Virus record (IMG/VR): IMGVR_UViG_3300027902_000008
Coordinates: 1-64,000 of that record
Strand: one strand, 5' to 3'
Length of the DNA: 64,000 bases
DNA from: a virus
Shown here: positions 36,542 to 49,065 of the stretch, one piece after another
How positions within the stretch are numbered: the stretch's first letter is position 1
How the letters are laid out: each line of letters opens with the position of its first letter
Notes under the pieces: generated by a model
Databases searched by the model: none
What the model saw: the letters and a program-made list of their open reading frames with translations, nothing else
What the model was told of the DNA's origin: nothing
Translations under genes and position numbers: made by a program

Positions 36542-39500
36542 GTGGTAGATTTAATACCCAAAGAGATGCAAGAAGAATCATTTAGGATAGGAAAGAAAAT
36601 ACACGATTTGATGATTGAATTTCTTGAAGATAAATCTGTGCCTCTTGAAAAAGGTTTATCTAATATTGAAAAGTTGGTAAACGCAAAAACTTCTGTTGGA
36701 ACAATTAAGGCTACTATACTTTTTAATTCACTTATGTGTAATATCGCTGATTTATTGTGCGGAATATATTATAAAGATGAAGAAAGCGTGATAAAGTTTA
36801 AAAATCAATTAGATGAAGTTTTTGAAAGCGTTAAAGAGAATTGTGTAAAGTTGTATAAGATGAGAATAGAGGAAGAATTAAAAAATAAGGGAAGTAGTGG
36901 TATAAATTAGGAGGTGAATGTGAGATGTGATGACTTAATTTATAACAAGCCTTGGCTCAAAAAACAAAAGTGCAAAAAGTTCATAGTCCGTCTTTATGAT
37001 GGATTTGACTATGAATGGATTGATATTACTAAAGCCTTATCCTTGAAAGAAGCAATGAAGGTATGGCGTAAGAAGACAAAAGACGGCATAGAAAAATATA
37101 AATATGACCATATAGACTACTTTGATGTATTCCCAGCTGATACTAAGATGGTCTATAGTAGGAGGTGAATATGAATAAGTGTCCATATTTCTCTGTTTAT
37201 CATAATGGAGGTCATTGTAAATGCGTTCCAGATGAATGTGGTTGTGATGGCAATATCTATTCCTGCGAAAACGTAATGCTTAGAAAGTGTTATGAAGATG
37301 ATTTATGGGAAGATGGGATAAAGAGCAAATTAAAGGTAATAAAGAATATCATAATGAGGAGTCTTTGGTAGGAAGGAGATACCAATGAGAAGGAAGAATA
37401 GCTTTGAAGATGGTCGTTTTAAAAAGGGTTTTGACGAAAGAAGAAATACATCTAAAAGCACCTTTGAGAGTTATGATAAGCGAAGAAATTTAAACAGAGA
37501 TTCATTAGGCAGGTTTTGTGCGATAGGAGCATACTATGGTTAACTATCAGGCATACGGAAACACACCTCTTTCAGAATTATTCGGTAAAGAGAACGCAGA
37601 GAAGCTACTTAAGGGTATGAATCTCTGCAAATCCATAGCTGTTAAATTAGGAGCTGAATATAATCCACCTTACATCTGGAATAAGAATATGCCAGATAGT
37701 TGGTGTAAGATTATAGCCACCGCTGTTATAGATAAAGTAGACGCAGATATTAACTGGAAGCCAGATGAAGCATTTATAGATAAGTTGAGGAAGGAGTTAA
37801 GAGATGTTTGAGTTTTTCAATCCCAAAAGAAGAGAATTAAGCAGGGTAAAGTCTTGGTTTATAAAACCGCATAGGGTAAGGCAGATATACACAAGACCAG
37901 ATGGTTCTAAATACCCTGATTGTTGTGATTGTCAAAAGGTATTTGAATATGGTGATTTAGCCTTCTATTGCATCACTTCTCCTATAAGGATAGTTGGATA
38001 TTCTGCCGTTGGAAAACTATGTTTTAAGTGCGGGATTATAAGGCTGGCTAAGATAACTTCCAAGAATCAACTTTCTCAATTACAAATGTTAGAATTAGAA
38101 TACAAGGGAGCATAAGATGAGAATAGCGATTAATCACGAAAGAGCTGGTATCATTTTCTTTAAAGGAGGTTATCACGCATATTGGATTCGGTATAGCAAT
38201 GGCTTGAAGTATATAAATGATAAATATAAGAATATGTGGTGTAAGCCAAAGTTTGAGAAATGCGACTTAAGACCATTAATTAAAAATGGTATCGTAGGTC
38301 ATTTATAAGGAGGTGAATATGCCAAATGAATTGTTTATTCATTCCAGATGTTGTGAAGCTCATTGGGAGTTAGTTGTGGTAGGCAATAAATATGAATTAC
38401 AATGTGAAAAATGTGGTAAACCAATAGGAAATAGTATTAAGATTAAGGGTCCCAATATGTCAAAATGTGGGTGTGAAATCTGCAATAGAAAACGTATAGC
38501 AAATTCAAATTAGGAGTAAACGATGAAATTTAAGGATTACTTTGGCGAGAAGCAATGTGATAATATAAGGAAGCAAATTGAAGAAGCATTTGAATGTGAT
38601 GAAGCTGTGTTTATCATCATAGGAACCATAAAAGGAGATAAAAGAGATTTAACCGATTCTTATATGGGTGTTTGTGATAAATGTGTATTACAGGCTGTTG
38701 AATATTCTGTCAAAGATGCAAAAAAGAAAGGTTTATTGGTGGATGAAAAATTAAGTTGTTTTGGAAGGTTCAATTGGAATTAGGAGGAAGTAATGGGAGA
38801 GTGTAAAACGTGCTATTTCCACGAAAAGGGTTGGTGTGATAAATTTAACTTCCTAATAAAGATGAGACCTAAAGGACGTTGTGATTCTTACCACAATAAC
38901 TATGATATTGACTTTGTTATAAAATGCAGGAGGAAGAAGAGATGAGGAATTTAGAATATGCACCAAGATATAGTGCAAAATATAAGTTTTGGCATAGTAG
39001 TCGCATTGAATATAAACAAAAATATATGCAATTTGAAAAGAATAAAATCAAGCATTGTTTACAACAACAAAAGTGTTATGCTGAAAATCCAGAACTTTAT
39101 TTAGAAAAGAATAAACGCTGGAATAAAGAAAATGCTCAAAAGCATAATGAACAAAGTAAGAAGTCTTATCATTCAAAAAGGAAGGAGTAAGATGAAAACT
39201 AAAGCGATAACTTGGCAAATACATATTCAAAAAACAAATGGGAAATGGATACCAGTATGTGCAGATTTTGGTCTTGCAATACCAGATAAATTGATAGAAG
39301 AAATAGGTTCTTGGTTATCTAAATGGTATGATATTAACCCAAATTATATGTTTAAAAAAAGGGAGAAGAAATGAAATATAATTTTTATCCTTTTGATTAT
39401 AAGAACTTTCTTATTGTAAGGGGTAATAAGTCTGTAATTAAAACAAAAGGCTATCCTATACCAGAAGATATCGGTTTAGAATCTAAATATCTTAAACAAA

Positions 39501-41434
39501 TGAGGGAAGGTCATTTCTGTGGTTATGTTGCAATGCCTAAATGGAAGATACCTTGGCAATGGTGGTCTCATTATGACGCTGATGGGTTGCAGTATCTTTC
39601 TATACACGGAGGCATTACTTATTGCCATACAGAAAGTAGGTTTTGGATTACTGGTTGTCTATTGAAGATACTTTTACACGCAAGCAATAATATTGAGAAA
39701 TTTATCCTAAACAGAATTAAAGATAAAAAACGCAAAAATAGAACCTTATTTTTTAAAGATGATTTTCCTGTTATGCCAAATTCTATGAAAGTATCTATTT
39801 TCTTTATGCGATTTATAAACCCTTTTATAGAGAGAATATTGGGAGATTTGGTAGTCTTTGGCTTTGATTGTGCACACGCAGGTGATGAAGAAGATGAGAG
39901 GTTCGGAGACCATCAGGTTGTTATGCTATTAACCGAGCAGATGGAAAGGCAACTTTTAGACTTTGCTAAGGTATATAGGAAATGGTTTAATTCTTCAAGA
40001 GATGAACGTATGGCTATTATGGATAAGATAAGGTTAGGGGAGAAGTTTAACACAGGATTAGGATTGGGTGCTATGCTTGATATGTTTAGTGGTGGTAAAG
40101 ACTTTGGGAAAGCAAGCAAAAATAAAGAAGTCAGGGAAATCAGACGTATGTGGAGAGCAAGAAAGATTGAGAGGAAGAAAAATGAGAGAGTTAAAAAACA
40201 AAGAAAAGGTTAAGATATTCTGTCTGATATGCTTTCTTGTGCTTATGGAGAATGATGAAGGAATATTCAAGAAACATTATGATTATGTATTGGAAAAGTA
40301 TGACAGAATATATAATGCTTATTTGATGTATAACTCTCTACATATGTCGTTGAGACATCTTGTAATTTCTTATGGAAGGTCTTGGGGAATAGACCTTGAA
40401 AAACTTATAGTCCAGATGGAGGTAGATTGTATTGTTCTTTCAAGAACGGAATTTGACAAAAAATATACTTGGGAGGATTAAATGGAAGATAAAGAACTTG
40501 AAAAACTTCAGAAATGTGTTAAGGAAAACGCAGAAAAGATTTCTGGTTGTAAAATATTCACAGCCATATTTACAGAAAACTATCTAAAAGAAGCATATCC
40601 TGTTTTGCAAATGACAATAGCCATTATGTTAGATAAACCTATTTATCTTCTTGTGGAAGAGGGTTATATGCCAAATGGCAAAATACTGAAGATTTGTGAT
40701 GGCTGGGAGTTCTTTAAACGAGGTGATGAAAAATCATTAGGAGAAGCCACAAAGAGATTATTAGAAATGGCTAAATTAAACGGACACTTCAAGGAGGTAT
40801 AAATGCCTAAATATATTATCGGCTTTTGGTATGAGGTAAATGGTAGAACAGAAGTAGAGGCAAAATCTTTAAAGGAAGCGGAAATGAAAATTAAAGAAAA
40901 ACTCGCTTATTCAGGATTAGATGACTTAAAGAATGTAGATTATACAGATAGAAATTACGGAATATGTTAAGGAGGTTAAGATGCCTAAATGTCCAGAGTG
41001 TAAAGAAGAAATAGACTATTTGAAAAACGTTCAGAATATTTGGATTAGCACTCCCTTGTCTCTGAATAAAAAAGGTCAGGCAATTTATGACCATAAGCAA
41101 AGAGATGAATGGGAAGGTGATGAGGTAGGAACTTGGAACTGTCCAGAATGCGATAAAGAATTATTTACAGATGAAGATGAAGCAATCAAATTTTTAAAAG
41201 GAGTATAAAGTGCAAAAATGTCAGGTATGTAATTATAGTTTTCCTAATTGTTTGATTAACCCTTTTATTTCTGGAAGGGGAAATATACCTAAATGTTGCC
41301 CTATTTGTGCTTTGAATGCGAGAAATAAGATGACTGGGCTTCCAAAAAGCACTAAATTCACAGGAACGACTGCTGGTAGGATGTGGAGAGTGGCAGTCAG
41401 GTATGCTAAAAGGAAGGGATATAAAATTGCCTAA
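36542..41434 (+). other. Cluster of small, tightly packed hypothetical early genes, many with CxxC zinc ribbons
   Basis: More than 15 ORFs of 60-280 aa, most with GGAG(G) RBS, no recognisable function. Confidence 0.7.
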
Positions 41435-41502
41435 AATTGCCTAAAGAAATATAAAACAAGGGTTGTAAAGAAGTCAGAAGAGAAAATAGGCAAAAATAAT
41501 TC

Positions 41503-41531
41503 TTGACAAAAATATAAAAATGATATATTAT
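41503..41531 (+). promoter_or_regulatory. Sigma70-type promoter for the replication module
   Basis: TTGACA, 17 nt, TATTAT in an intergenic gap. Confidence 0.7.
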
Positions 41532-41823
41532 AACTGTTAGAAAGTTCGCTGAGAATCCCTATTTAGAAAAGGAGGTGGAGAATGGCGAAAACAGTTATAA
41601 AATATGAGGTGGTTGTTTCTTTATTGAATGGCAGAGATACAGATATTTTTATAGCCGATAAATATAAGGTGCAACCAGACGGACTCGTAAAGTGTGAAGG
41701 AACTTATCGCAGGAAGAAAAGGCAACAAATAATGTATTTCCCACTTACAAGTATCTCCTCAATAGAAGAGTATGAAGTGGATTCTGGTGCTGAAGTCAAA
41801 GAAAAAGAAGAGGTCTAAAATTT

Positions 41824-41856
41824 AAAGGGGGTATAAACTGCCCCCCTTTCTTATTT
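41824..41856 (+). terminator. Hairpin/weak terminator
   Basis: AAAGGGGG...CCCCCTTT followed by CTTATTT. Confidence 0.45.
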
Positions 41857-41869
41857 GAGGAGGTTCTAA

Positions 41870-42475
41870 ATGTTAATTAAAGCCAAAGATATTCCAAATT
41901 CAATAGGTTTAGCAGGAAACATTTCCGTAAGTGGCAAAATAATCAGGGTATTTGATAGGAAGTCTGGGGAAAGCGATAAAGGTAAATGGGCTTTCCAAAA
42001 TATCATTGTTCAAGATGATACGGGAGAGTTTACAGTTTGTTTAAAAAATAGAGATGAAGAGATGAAGTCTACTGACGTTGATAGGCTTGCTACCTTTAAC
42101 TCTTCTGAAACAAAAAACGGAATTATGGGTGTCAAAATTGAAAAAGACACCTATAAAGACAAGGATAACCAAGAGAAAACTTCTATCAAAGTTATAGTTA
42201 CGAGAAGTGCCAAAATAGACTTTGATAGCGAGGTTGTTAAGGAAGCTTCCAAGACAACAGAAGAGGAAGTAGAGGTTGAACCAGCTGTGGAATTAGACCT
42301 TGACCAATTGCGTAAAGACACCATTAAGACAACTCTTGATGCTTGGAAAGATGCAATAGGTTTAAATGATATACCAATTGACAATCCCAAGTATTATGAG
42401 ATACTTAATTCTGTTATTCTTGCTTGTGGTAGAAATGCCGACACCTTGTTTATAGCCAAGAAAGGCGGTAAGTAA
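41870..42475 (+). CDS. OB-fold single-stranded DNA-binding protein
   Basis: ISVSGKIIRVFD...QNIIVQDDTGEFTVCL, RPA-like OB fold; first gene of the replication cluster. Confidence 0.65.
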   Translation: MLIKAKDIPNSIGLAGNISVSGKIIRVFDRKSGESDKGKWAFQNIIVQDDTGEFTVCLKNRDEEMKSTDVDRLATFNSSETKNGIMGVKIEKDTYKDKDNQEKTSIKVIVTRSAKIDFDSEVVKEASKTTEEEVEVEPAVELDLDQLRKDTIKTTLDAWKDAIGLNDIPIDNPKYYEILNSVILACGRNADTLFIAKKGGK

Positions 42476-42702
42476 TGGAAAAATTAGCCAAAAGAAACGA
42501 TACAGAAATAAGAGTATCAGTAACAGAATATAAAGGTAAGGCTTATGTAGATATTAGAGAGTGGCATTGCACAGAAGATAACCCTGAGTTTAAACCTACC
42601 AAAAAGGGAGTTACTATCCCATTAAATCTTTGGGATGAGTTTGCAAGTATAGTTTCCAACGTAGATATAAAGAAGGTTGACAAAGGAGAAGAAATAGAGT
42701 AG
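42475..42702 (+). CDS. PC4/YdbC-family ssDNA-binding protein
   Basis: IRVSVTEYKGKAYVDIREW...PTKKGVTI. Confidence 0.88.
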   Translation: MEKLAKRNDTEIRVSVTEYKGKAYVDIREWHCTEDNPEFKPTKKGVTIPLNLWDEFASIVSNVDIKKVDKGEEIE

Positions 42703-42711
42703 GAGGTAAGT

Positions 42712-43140
42712 ATGGGAAAAGACCTGCAAGAATATCTCATAAAGATACTTGGTGCAAGAACTATATGTTTCAATGAAAAGTTGCGTTATATGCTTAATAG
42801 CGTAAATTCAGCAATATTCTTGCATAAACTCTTGTGGTGGTATGGTAAAAGCGGAGACCCTGAATGGATTTTCAAGACCGCTGAGGAATGTGAAGAAGAA
42901 ACTACCCTTACTACCTCTCAACAAGATACTGCTATCAAAAAGCTCGTAGATTTAGGCATTATTGAATATAAGGTAAAGGGAATACCACCTATAAGGCATT
43001 TTAAGCTTAATAAAGATAAGATAATAGAATGTTGCCTTAAATATACGGAATCCCTAAATCCATCTGGTCAAAACAACGGAATCAATTTAGTGAAAAGCGA
43101 AGTTGAAAATGGCGAAAAGGAGATTTCGGAAGTTCACTAA
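42712..43140 (+). CDS. Replication initiator-like winged-helix protein
   Basis: AIFLHKLLWW...WIFKTAEECEEETTLT...AIKKLVDLGIIE...GIP pattern typical of phage replication proteins. Confidence 0.7.
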   Translation: MGKDLQEYLIKILGARTICFNEKLRYMLNSVNSAIFLHKLLWWYGKSGDPEWIFKTAEECEEETTLTTSQQDTAIKKLVDLGIIEYKVKGIPPIRHFKLNKDKIIECCLKYTESLNPSGQNNGINLVKSEVENGEKEISEVH

Positions 43141-43395
43141 ATCTTTTTTGTCAAAAACCGAAAACTATTTGGCTAAAACCCTAAATCTTATACAATAGAA
43201 TACTCCAATAGAAGACATACAATACTTTATCTTTTATTAAAGATAAAGCTTTTAATAAAAGATACCAAAAAGCAGGTTTTGACTTGAAAAACCTTTTTAA
43301 TATAAGTAAAAGAACTGCAATTGAGAAAGAGAATACCACTACCCAATTGCAGTCTTTTTATTGTAGAGGGATTAGTTTAGGGATAGGATTTAGAT

Positions 43396-43917
43396 ATGAC
43401 AGAGCTTTTCAGAAAAACAGATATAATCGTGTCGCAGGACAAGTCAAGAAAGTTGTCAGATAAGCAATGGCTGGCTATCAAGAGAGATAGAGTAATCAAA
43501 TACTTCTGTGAGGCTTGGAAGAAGAAATACAGCATAATCTATGTAATCCCGCCAAAGTCTTTTATGACAGTTGAAAAACCCATATCAGATGCTTTGGCAA
43601 GCAACTACACCCCAGAAATGCTTTGCCAAGCCATAGATTCTTACCTTTCAAATGAGTTTGTGGGCTATGTGGAGAATAGCCATCCTATCAGATTTTTTAC
43701 CAAAGACATTACCAGATGGGTTATGCAGAGCAAGAAAGACATCAAGATAAAGGAAACCAAACCTGAAACTGATTTGGTTAGGGAACTCAATTTCAAATAT
43801 GGGATTATCAAAAGGGGAGACAGTTATCTTGATGAGGAAGGCAATGTTTATGTAGATGCTCCATCAGCAATAAAGGCAGTAGAAAAGAGGAGAGGGAACC
43901 TTGGAAAAACTATTTAA
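43396..43917 (+). CDS. Hypothetical replication-associated protein
   Basis: Lies between the initiator and the primase-helicase. Confidence 0.5.
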   Translation: MTELFRKTDIIVSQDKSRKLSDKQWLAIKRDRVIKYFCEAWKKKYSIIYVIPPKSFMTVEKPISDALASNYTPEMLCQAIDSYLSNEFVGYVENSHPIRFFTKDITRWVMQSKKDIKIKETKPETDLVRELNFKYGIIKRGDSYLDEEGNVYVDAPSAIKAVEKRRGNLGKTI

Positions 43918-44048
43918 CTGGATAAAGTTTATATTGGGGATTATTTTTACAGCCATAGGTATATCTTTATATGCTTTGTTCCTATTCGTGGATTCTATAA
44001 TATTTGGGATAAGAAGCGGTGCAAAATATTTCTGCGAAGGAGGTGAAT

Positions 44049-46334
44049 TTGCTTATAAAGGAGTTTGAGCAAAAGAAGGCAGAGCTTCGTAGCCACCTTA
44101 AAGACTATCTTCAAATGATGGGTAGGAAGTTAGATAATAATTCTTGCCAATGCCCTAATGGTGTAGAGCATAAGCACGATGATGCTCATATGTCCTGTGG
44201 TATCACGGATGACGAGATGAACTTCCACTGTATGATGTGTGATGCCAAGGGAGACATCTTTAGTGCTGCTAACTACATTGAGAATAAGCCACTTGTGGGA
44301 GAAGAGTTTATAACAGAGAACTTTATGTATTTGGCTAAACTCTTCAATGTATCTTACGAATTGGAAGAGATAAGCGAAGAGGAAAAGCAGATACAAAAGG
44401 TTTATCTGATATATGACAGAGCTAAGGAGATACTCAAGAAGAATTTTGTGGTAAGCAAGGATTGTAAAGAATATGCCAAAAAAAGAGGCTGGGAGAAGTT
44501 AGAGAATGATTTTGAATTTGGTTCTTGCGAGAGTTATGACAAGATGATAGGTTTGCTTGAGAAAGAATTTGATAGGCAGTCTTTGTTAAAGGCAGGTATT
44601 TATCACAAGGACTTATTCCAAGATAGGTTTATTATTCCAATAAGAGATACAAGTGGTAGGGTTTGTGCCTTTGGTTCACGTTCTATGGCTGACCAAGGTA
44701 GGTATATCAATTCCAAGACAAATCTAATTTATGACAAGTCAAGCACGCTTTATAATCTTAATAGTGCAAGGAAAGTTAGCACTTCTGTATATTTAGTGGA
44801 AGGCTTTGCTGATTGCCTGACTATGATTAAGCACGGCTTACAGAACGTTGTTGCTGTAGGTGGCACGTCCTTTACAGCCAAGCAGTATGAATTGTTGATT
44901 AGGAACAGAATCAGGAAGGCGGTCTTATGCTTTGACAATGATGAGGCAGGTATACAGGCTCTTGATAAGGCATTAACCAAAGTGATAGGCAATAAGAAGG
45001 ATATGCTTATCTATATTAAGGAGATTGTAGATGCCAAAGACCCTGATGAGTTTATCAATAAGTTTGGTGTAGATAAGTTCGTAGAACTTTCAGAATTAAC
45101 TGTATTTGAATGGCGATTAAGGAAATTTGCCTTTGCACATTCCGAAATATTAAAGAGCCAAATCCTTGAAGATATTATCAATGAGACTTCCTATATTGAA
45201 AGGGATAGGATGTGTGATAAGTTTTCAAAGGAAACAAATATAAGACTTGAAACAGTCCAGAAGGAAGTGCAAAGACTTGAACTCATAAAGAAAGAGCAAT
45301 TAGATATTACTACAACCGATATTATCAAAGAAGAAACCGAATTTGAGAAGAAGGTCAATGAATTTGAAGAATGGGTTTTCTCACGCAAGACAGAATTATT
45401 GGGTATGCCTTGCGGTTTCCCAAGGTTAACAGAGGCTTTAGATGGTATACAAAATGGCTTATATTTGGTAGGTGGAAGACCGAATATTGGGAAAACATCT
45501 TTTAATCTACAGCTGGCTTATAACCTTGCCTTGAATAATGAAAAGGTTTTCTGTTTGATATGGTCAATAGATGATAACCTGAAAAAAGTTATACCAAGGT
45601 TAGTAGCTACTGAATGCGGGATACCAATTAACATAGTGTCTAATCCTGTCCATAAGTTAAAACCAGAGTATGGATATGCACCTGAGTTGATTAAGGATAT
45701 GATGAATAAGAGAGAGCAAGCCATTAACCGCTTAAAATCACTTTCTAAACGTTTCCTAATCAAAGATATAAGTAGTGGTAATAGCGTAGAAGCAATTGAG
45801 AAATCTGTTATGACTTGCAGGGCTATTACCAAAACAGAAAATATGCAGTTAGTATTGGTAATAGACAACTTTCATAAATTGACTACGGATAAATATATGA
45901 CAGACACAAGGGCGAAGTTTACCTATCTGTCAGAGCAGATTAAGAGAATATCAAATGTATATGATGCTCCTGTAATATGCACAGTTGAGTTGAGAAAATC
46001 AGAAAACATAAGACCGCTGGAAGATGATATCAAAGAAACAGTTGATTTGGTATATGATGCAGATTGCATACTCTTGCTACATAATGAGGTGCATAGGTTA
46101 GGTGAGTATGAGAGCAAAATCTTCTTTGTGGATGAGCAGGGTAATAAGAAGCCCATATTGGAAGTAGATGTTTGTAAGAACAAAACCAGTTCTTTTAAAG
46201 GAGAATTATTTTTTAGGTTTTATACAGAGTTAAGCAGGGTAGTAGAGTGCGACCAATATGAATCACGAAAGATAAAAGGTATCTTATTGGGGATTCCAGA
46301 AGAAACTGCACAGAAAGGCAGGGAAAATGGGTGA
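44049..46334 (+). CDS. DnaG-type primase / DnaB-type helicase fusion
   Basis: Zn-binding N-terminus, DRFIIPI, YINS, TOPRIM VEGFAD and FDNDEAG, KDPDE; helicase GRPNIGKT, IDNFH, YDAD. GGAGGTG RBS supports a TTG start at 44049. Confidence 0.92.
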   Translation: MLIKEFEQKKAELRSHLKDYLQMMGRKLDNNSCQCPNGVEHKHDDAHMSCGITDDEMNFHCMMCDAKGDIFSAANYIENKPLVGEEFITENFMYLAKLFNVSYELEEISEEEKQIQKVYLIYDRAKEILKKNFVVSKDCKEYAKKRGWEKLENDFEFGSCESYDKMIGLLEKEFDRQSLLKAGIYHKDLFQDRFIIPIRDTSGRVCAFGSRSMADQGRYINSKTNLIYDKSSTLYNLNSARKVSTSVYLVEGFADCLTMIKHGLQNVVAVGGTSFTAKQYELLIRNRIRKAVLCFDNDEAGIQALDKALTKVIGNKKDMLIYIKEIVDAKDPDEFINKFGVDKFVELSELTVFEWRLRKFAFAHSEILKSQILEDIINETSYIERDRMCDKFSKETNIRLETVQKEVQRLELIKKEQLDITTTDIIKEETEFEKKVNEFEEWVFSRKTELLGMPCGFPRLTEALDGIQNGLYLVGGRPNIGKTSFNLQLAYNLALNNEKVFCLIWSIDDNLKKVIPRLVATECGIPINIVSNPVHKLKPEYGYAPELIKDMMNKREQAINRLKSLSKRFLIKDISSGNSVEAIEKSVMTCRAITKTENMQLVLVIDNFHKLTTDKYMTDTRAKFTYLSEQIKRISNVYDAPVICTVELRKSENIRPLEDDIKETVDLVYDADCILLLHNEVHRLGEYESKIFFVDEQGNKKPILEVDVCKNKTSSFKGELFFRFYTELSRVVECDQYESRKIKGILLGIPEETAQKGRENG

Positions 46335-47352
46335 AGGGCTTGATAAGACAATATCTTTAATAGAGAAAAAGTTCGGTAAAGGTTCTATCGCTTTGGCGAG
46401 TAAATTCAAAGGATTGGATATTAAGAGACTGCCAACTGGAAGTTTTAGTATGGATTTGGAAACTGGCGGTGGCTATCCTTTAAGTAGGATAGTAGAGATG
46501 TATGGCGAGTTGAGTTCTGGTAAGACAACCTGTGCGTTGAAGGCAGTTGCAGAGATACAAAAGACAAAAAGAAAGGCAGTATGGGTTGATGCTGAAGGCG
46601 TATTTCATAATGACTGGGCAAAAACTTTAGGTGTTAATATTGAAGAGTTGTTTATAGTAAAGGCTGAAACTGCCGAAAGAATGTTAGATATAGCAGATGC
46701 GGTTGTCAGGTCTAAAGACTGCGGTTTGCTGGTTATAGATAGTGTTGCTGCTTTAATGCCTTTGGCAGAAGAAGAAGTGCCTATGGAAGACACAGAAACT
46801 TTGGGTGATAGAGCCAGAATGATGAACAGGTTTATGAGAAAACTTCATAGTGCCTTAAATATGCGTGAAGATGAAGTTCCAAATGAATGTTTGGTAATGC
46901 TCATCAACCAGACAAGAGATGCTATTGGGAAGTATGGCGACCCTACAACAACTACAGGTGGAAAAGGCATTGGGTTTGGTTCAAGCCTTAGAATCCATTT
47001 GAGAAGGAAAGATTGGATAAAAGAGGGTAGTGGTGATAAAGAAAGGGTTGTAGGACAGATTATAAAGTTTAGGACTACCAAATCAAAGGTATTCTCTCCT
47101 TATAGAGATGGGGAGTTTGACTTCTATTTTGAGGATGCCTACGGCTTGAAAAAGGGAGAAATAGACAGAGTTAAGGAAGTAATCAATTATGGGATATTCT
47201 ACAATATAATCAAGCAGGGCGGTTCTTTCTTTAGTTATGAAACCCATAAGTTTCAAGGCAGAGAAAAACTTTATGAGTTCTTTAAAGACAATACCAAAGA
47301 GGCTGTTAAGATTAAAACAGAAATTATGGAGATAGCACTCAGGAGTGTTTAA
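46327..47352 (+). CDS. recA: RecA recombinase
   Basis: GELSSGKTT, VDAE, VIDSVAAL, INQTR, TTTGGKG. Confidence 0.93.
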   Translation: MGEGLDKTISLIEKKFGKGSIALASKFKGLDIKRLPTGSFSMDLETGGGYPLSRIVEMYGELSSGKTTCALKAVAEIQKTKRKAVWVDAEGVFHNDWAKTLGVNIEELFIVKAETAERMLDIADAVVRSKDCGLLVIDSVAALMPLAEEEVPMEDTETLGDRARMMNRFMRKLHSALNMREDEVPNECLVMLINQTRDAIGKYGDPTTTTGGKGIGFGSSLRIHLRRKDWIKEGSGDKERVVGQIIKFRTTKSKVFSPYRDGEFDFYFEDAYGLKKGEIDRVKEVINYGIFYNIIKQGGSFFSYETHKFQGREKLYEFFKDNTKEAVKIKTEIMEIALRSV

Positions 47353-47540
47353 ATGCAACTTAAAAAAGTGAAGAAATGGTCTAAGATACTTTATACTTCT
47401 CCTTGTTATGGTTTTGAGATAAAAGAACAATTAGTAAAATATAGTTCAAGTCCTTTATTTGGTCATTTTCATAATGATAAAAGAAGTTATAAGATTAAAA
47501 TCATTGTTGAACAACTCCTTCAGCCGAAAGCGAGTCTTAA

Positions 47541-48251
47541 ATGCCATTAAAAAAATCTTCTGGACAGATGTATTCTTGGGTTGATTATGTCCATAGCCAT
47601 TTAGGTGGAGAATGTCCGCATAGATGTAGTTATTGTTATGTTCAAAGGAATAGGTTTGGGGTAAGCCCAAGATACAAAGGTGAGTTAAGACCTATCTATC
47701 AAGAGTTTAAAGTTGAGTATGGTTATGGTAGGACTATCTTCATAGAGCATATGAATGATATGTTTGCCAATGAGATTGACAGCTATTGGATAATAAACAT
47801 ACTTGAACATTGTAGGAAGTATCCTTCAAATACTTATGTGTTTCAGACCAAAAATCCTTCAAGGGCTTTTGATTTTATATCTCATTTCCCAGAGAAGTTT
47901 GTGATTGGGACTACTATTGAAAGTAATAGGCTGTATGAAAACATTACCAAAGCCCCTGAGCCAGTATTGAGATTTATGGGTTTGATGTTGTTCAAGGCAA
48001 GAAAGGTTTTGGGAGGGAAAAATATGGAGATTTTTATAACCCTTGAGCCTATATTAGATTTTGATGTGGACGCTTTGATAGAATGGTTTAGAACTTTACA
48101 ACCTGACTTTATCAATATAGGTGCTGATTCCAAAAATTGCCACTTACCAGAGCCTTCCAAAGAGAAGATTTTGGAGCTTATGTCTAAGTGCGGAGAGCAT
48201 AATATTCCCATTAGAAAGAAAGTTAACCTAACAAGGATAATAGGAGGATAA
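47541..48251 (+). CDS. Radical-SAM-like protein (DUF5131/gp37gp68-like)
   Basis: CPHRCSYCY, FQTKNP, GTTIES, TLEPIL. Confidence 0.7.
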   Translation: MPLKKSSGQMYSWVDYVHSHLGGECPHRCSYCYVQRNRFGVSPRYKGELRPIYQEFKVEYGYGRTIFIEHMNDMFANEIDSYWIINILEHCRKYPSNTYVFQTKNPSRAFDFISHFPEKFVIGTTIESNRLYENITKAPEPVLRFMGLMLFKARKVLGGKNMEIFITLEPILDFDVDALIEWFRTLQPDFINIGADSKNCHLPEPSKEKILELMSKCGEHNIPIRKKVNLTRIIGG

Positions 48252-49065
48252 AATGGAGCCAAGAGGAGATGAAGGTGAAGTTTTAATTGCAATAACAATA
48301 GCGAAAGATAAGGAGCATTGTATAATTGAATTTCCTAAGCCAGTAGCTTGGATAGGATTGCATAAGGATGGAGTTGAGAAACTTATCAAAACTCTGCAAG
48401 AGAAAGTTTCCGAAATGGAGCAAAATAGTGAGAAAGTGTAGAGAATCTGGTTGTGAGACAATATTGCGTCATTCAAATATAGGGCGTTATTGCAGCGTTC
48501 ATCAGTATAAAAGAAAAGAGAAGGTATTGGATAAAAAATCTTTGCCTGAAGAGAAAAAATCCAATAAATGGAAACAACTGACTAATTGGGAAGATGACAT
48601 TAAGAAAATAATGCACGCAACAGAAACATTTAAAAAAGATAATTGGGTTATATGCAAAAAAAGAGTAAAGATTATTGAAGGCGTAAATCATAAAGGTAAA
48701 CTTAAAAAAGAAGTTGATAAAGAATATTCTTATTATAAGTATGCTGTATTTGTCAGGACAGAAAAGGGAAAGTATCTGAATAAAAATAATATTGTAAAAT
48801 GTCAGGGTAAATAAATGAATCATTATAGAGCAAGAACTTTAATCCCAGGATGGAAGGTAGATAAATCTTTATCAGGTAAAACTCTCGTAGCCGTTCCAGA
48901 AGAATCCCTGAAAAGAAGCAAGGCAGTTGAATATAATAGGCAAATTATGGTTGTTAGCGGAGAACCTTTGTGGAAAATAAAGTTCAAAGACAAATATAAT
49001 AGGGATAAAGAATATACCCTGCTTTATTATGAATGGATACCCAAGATTGAAGGAGATTTATTCAA

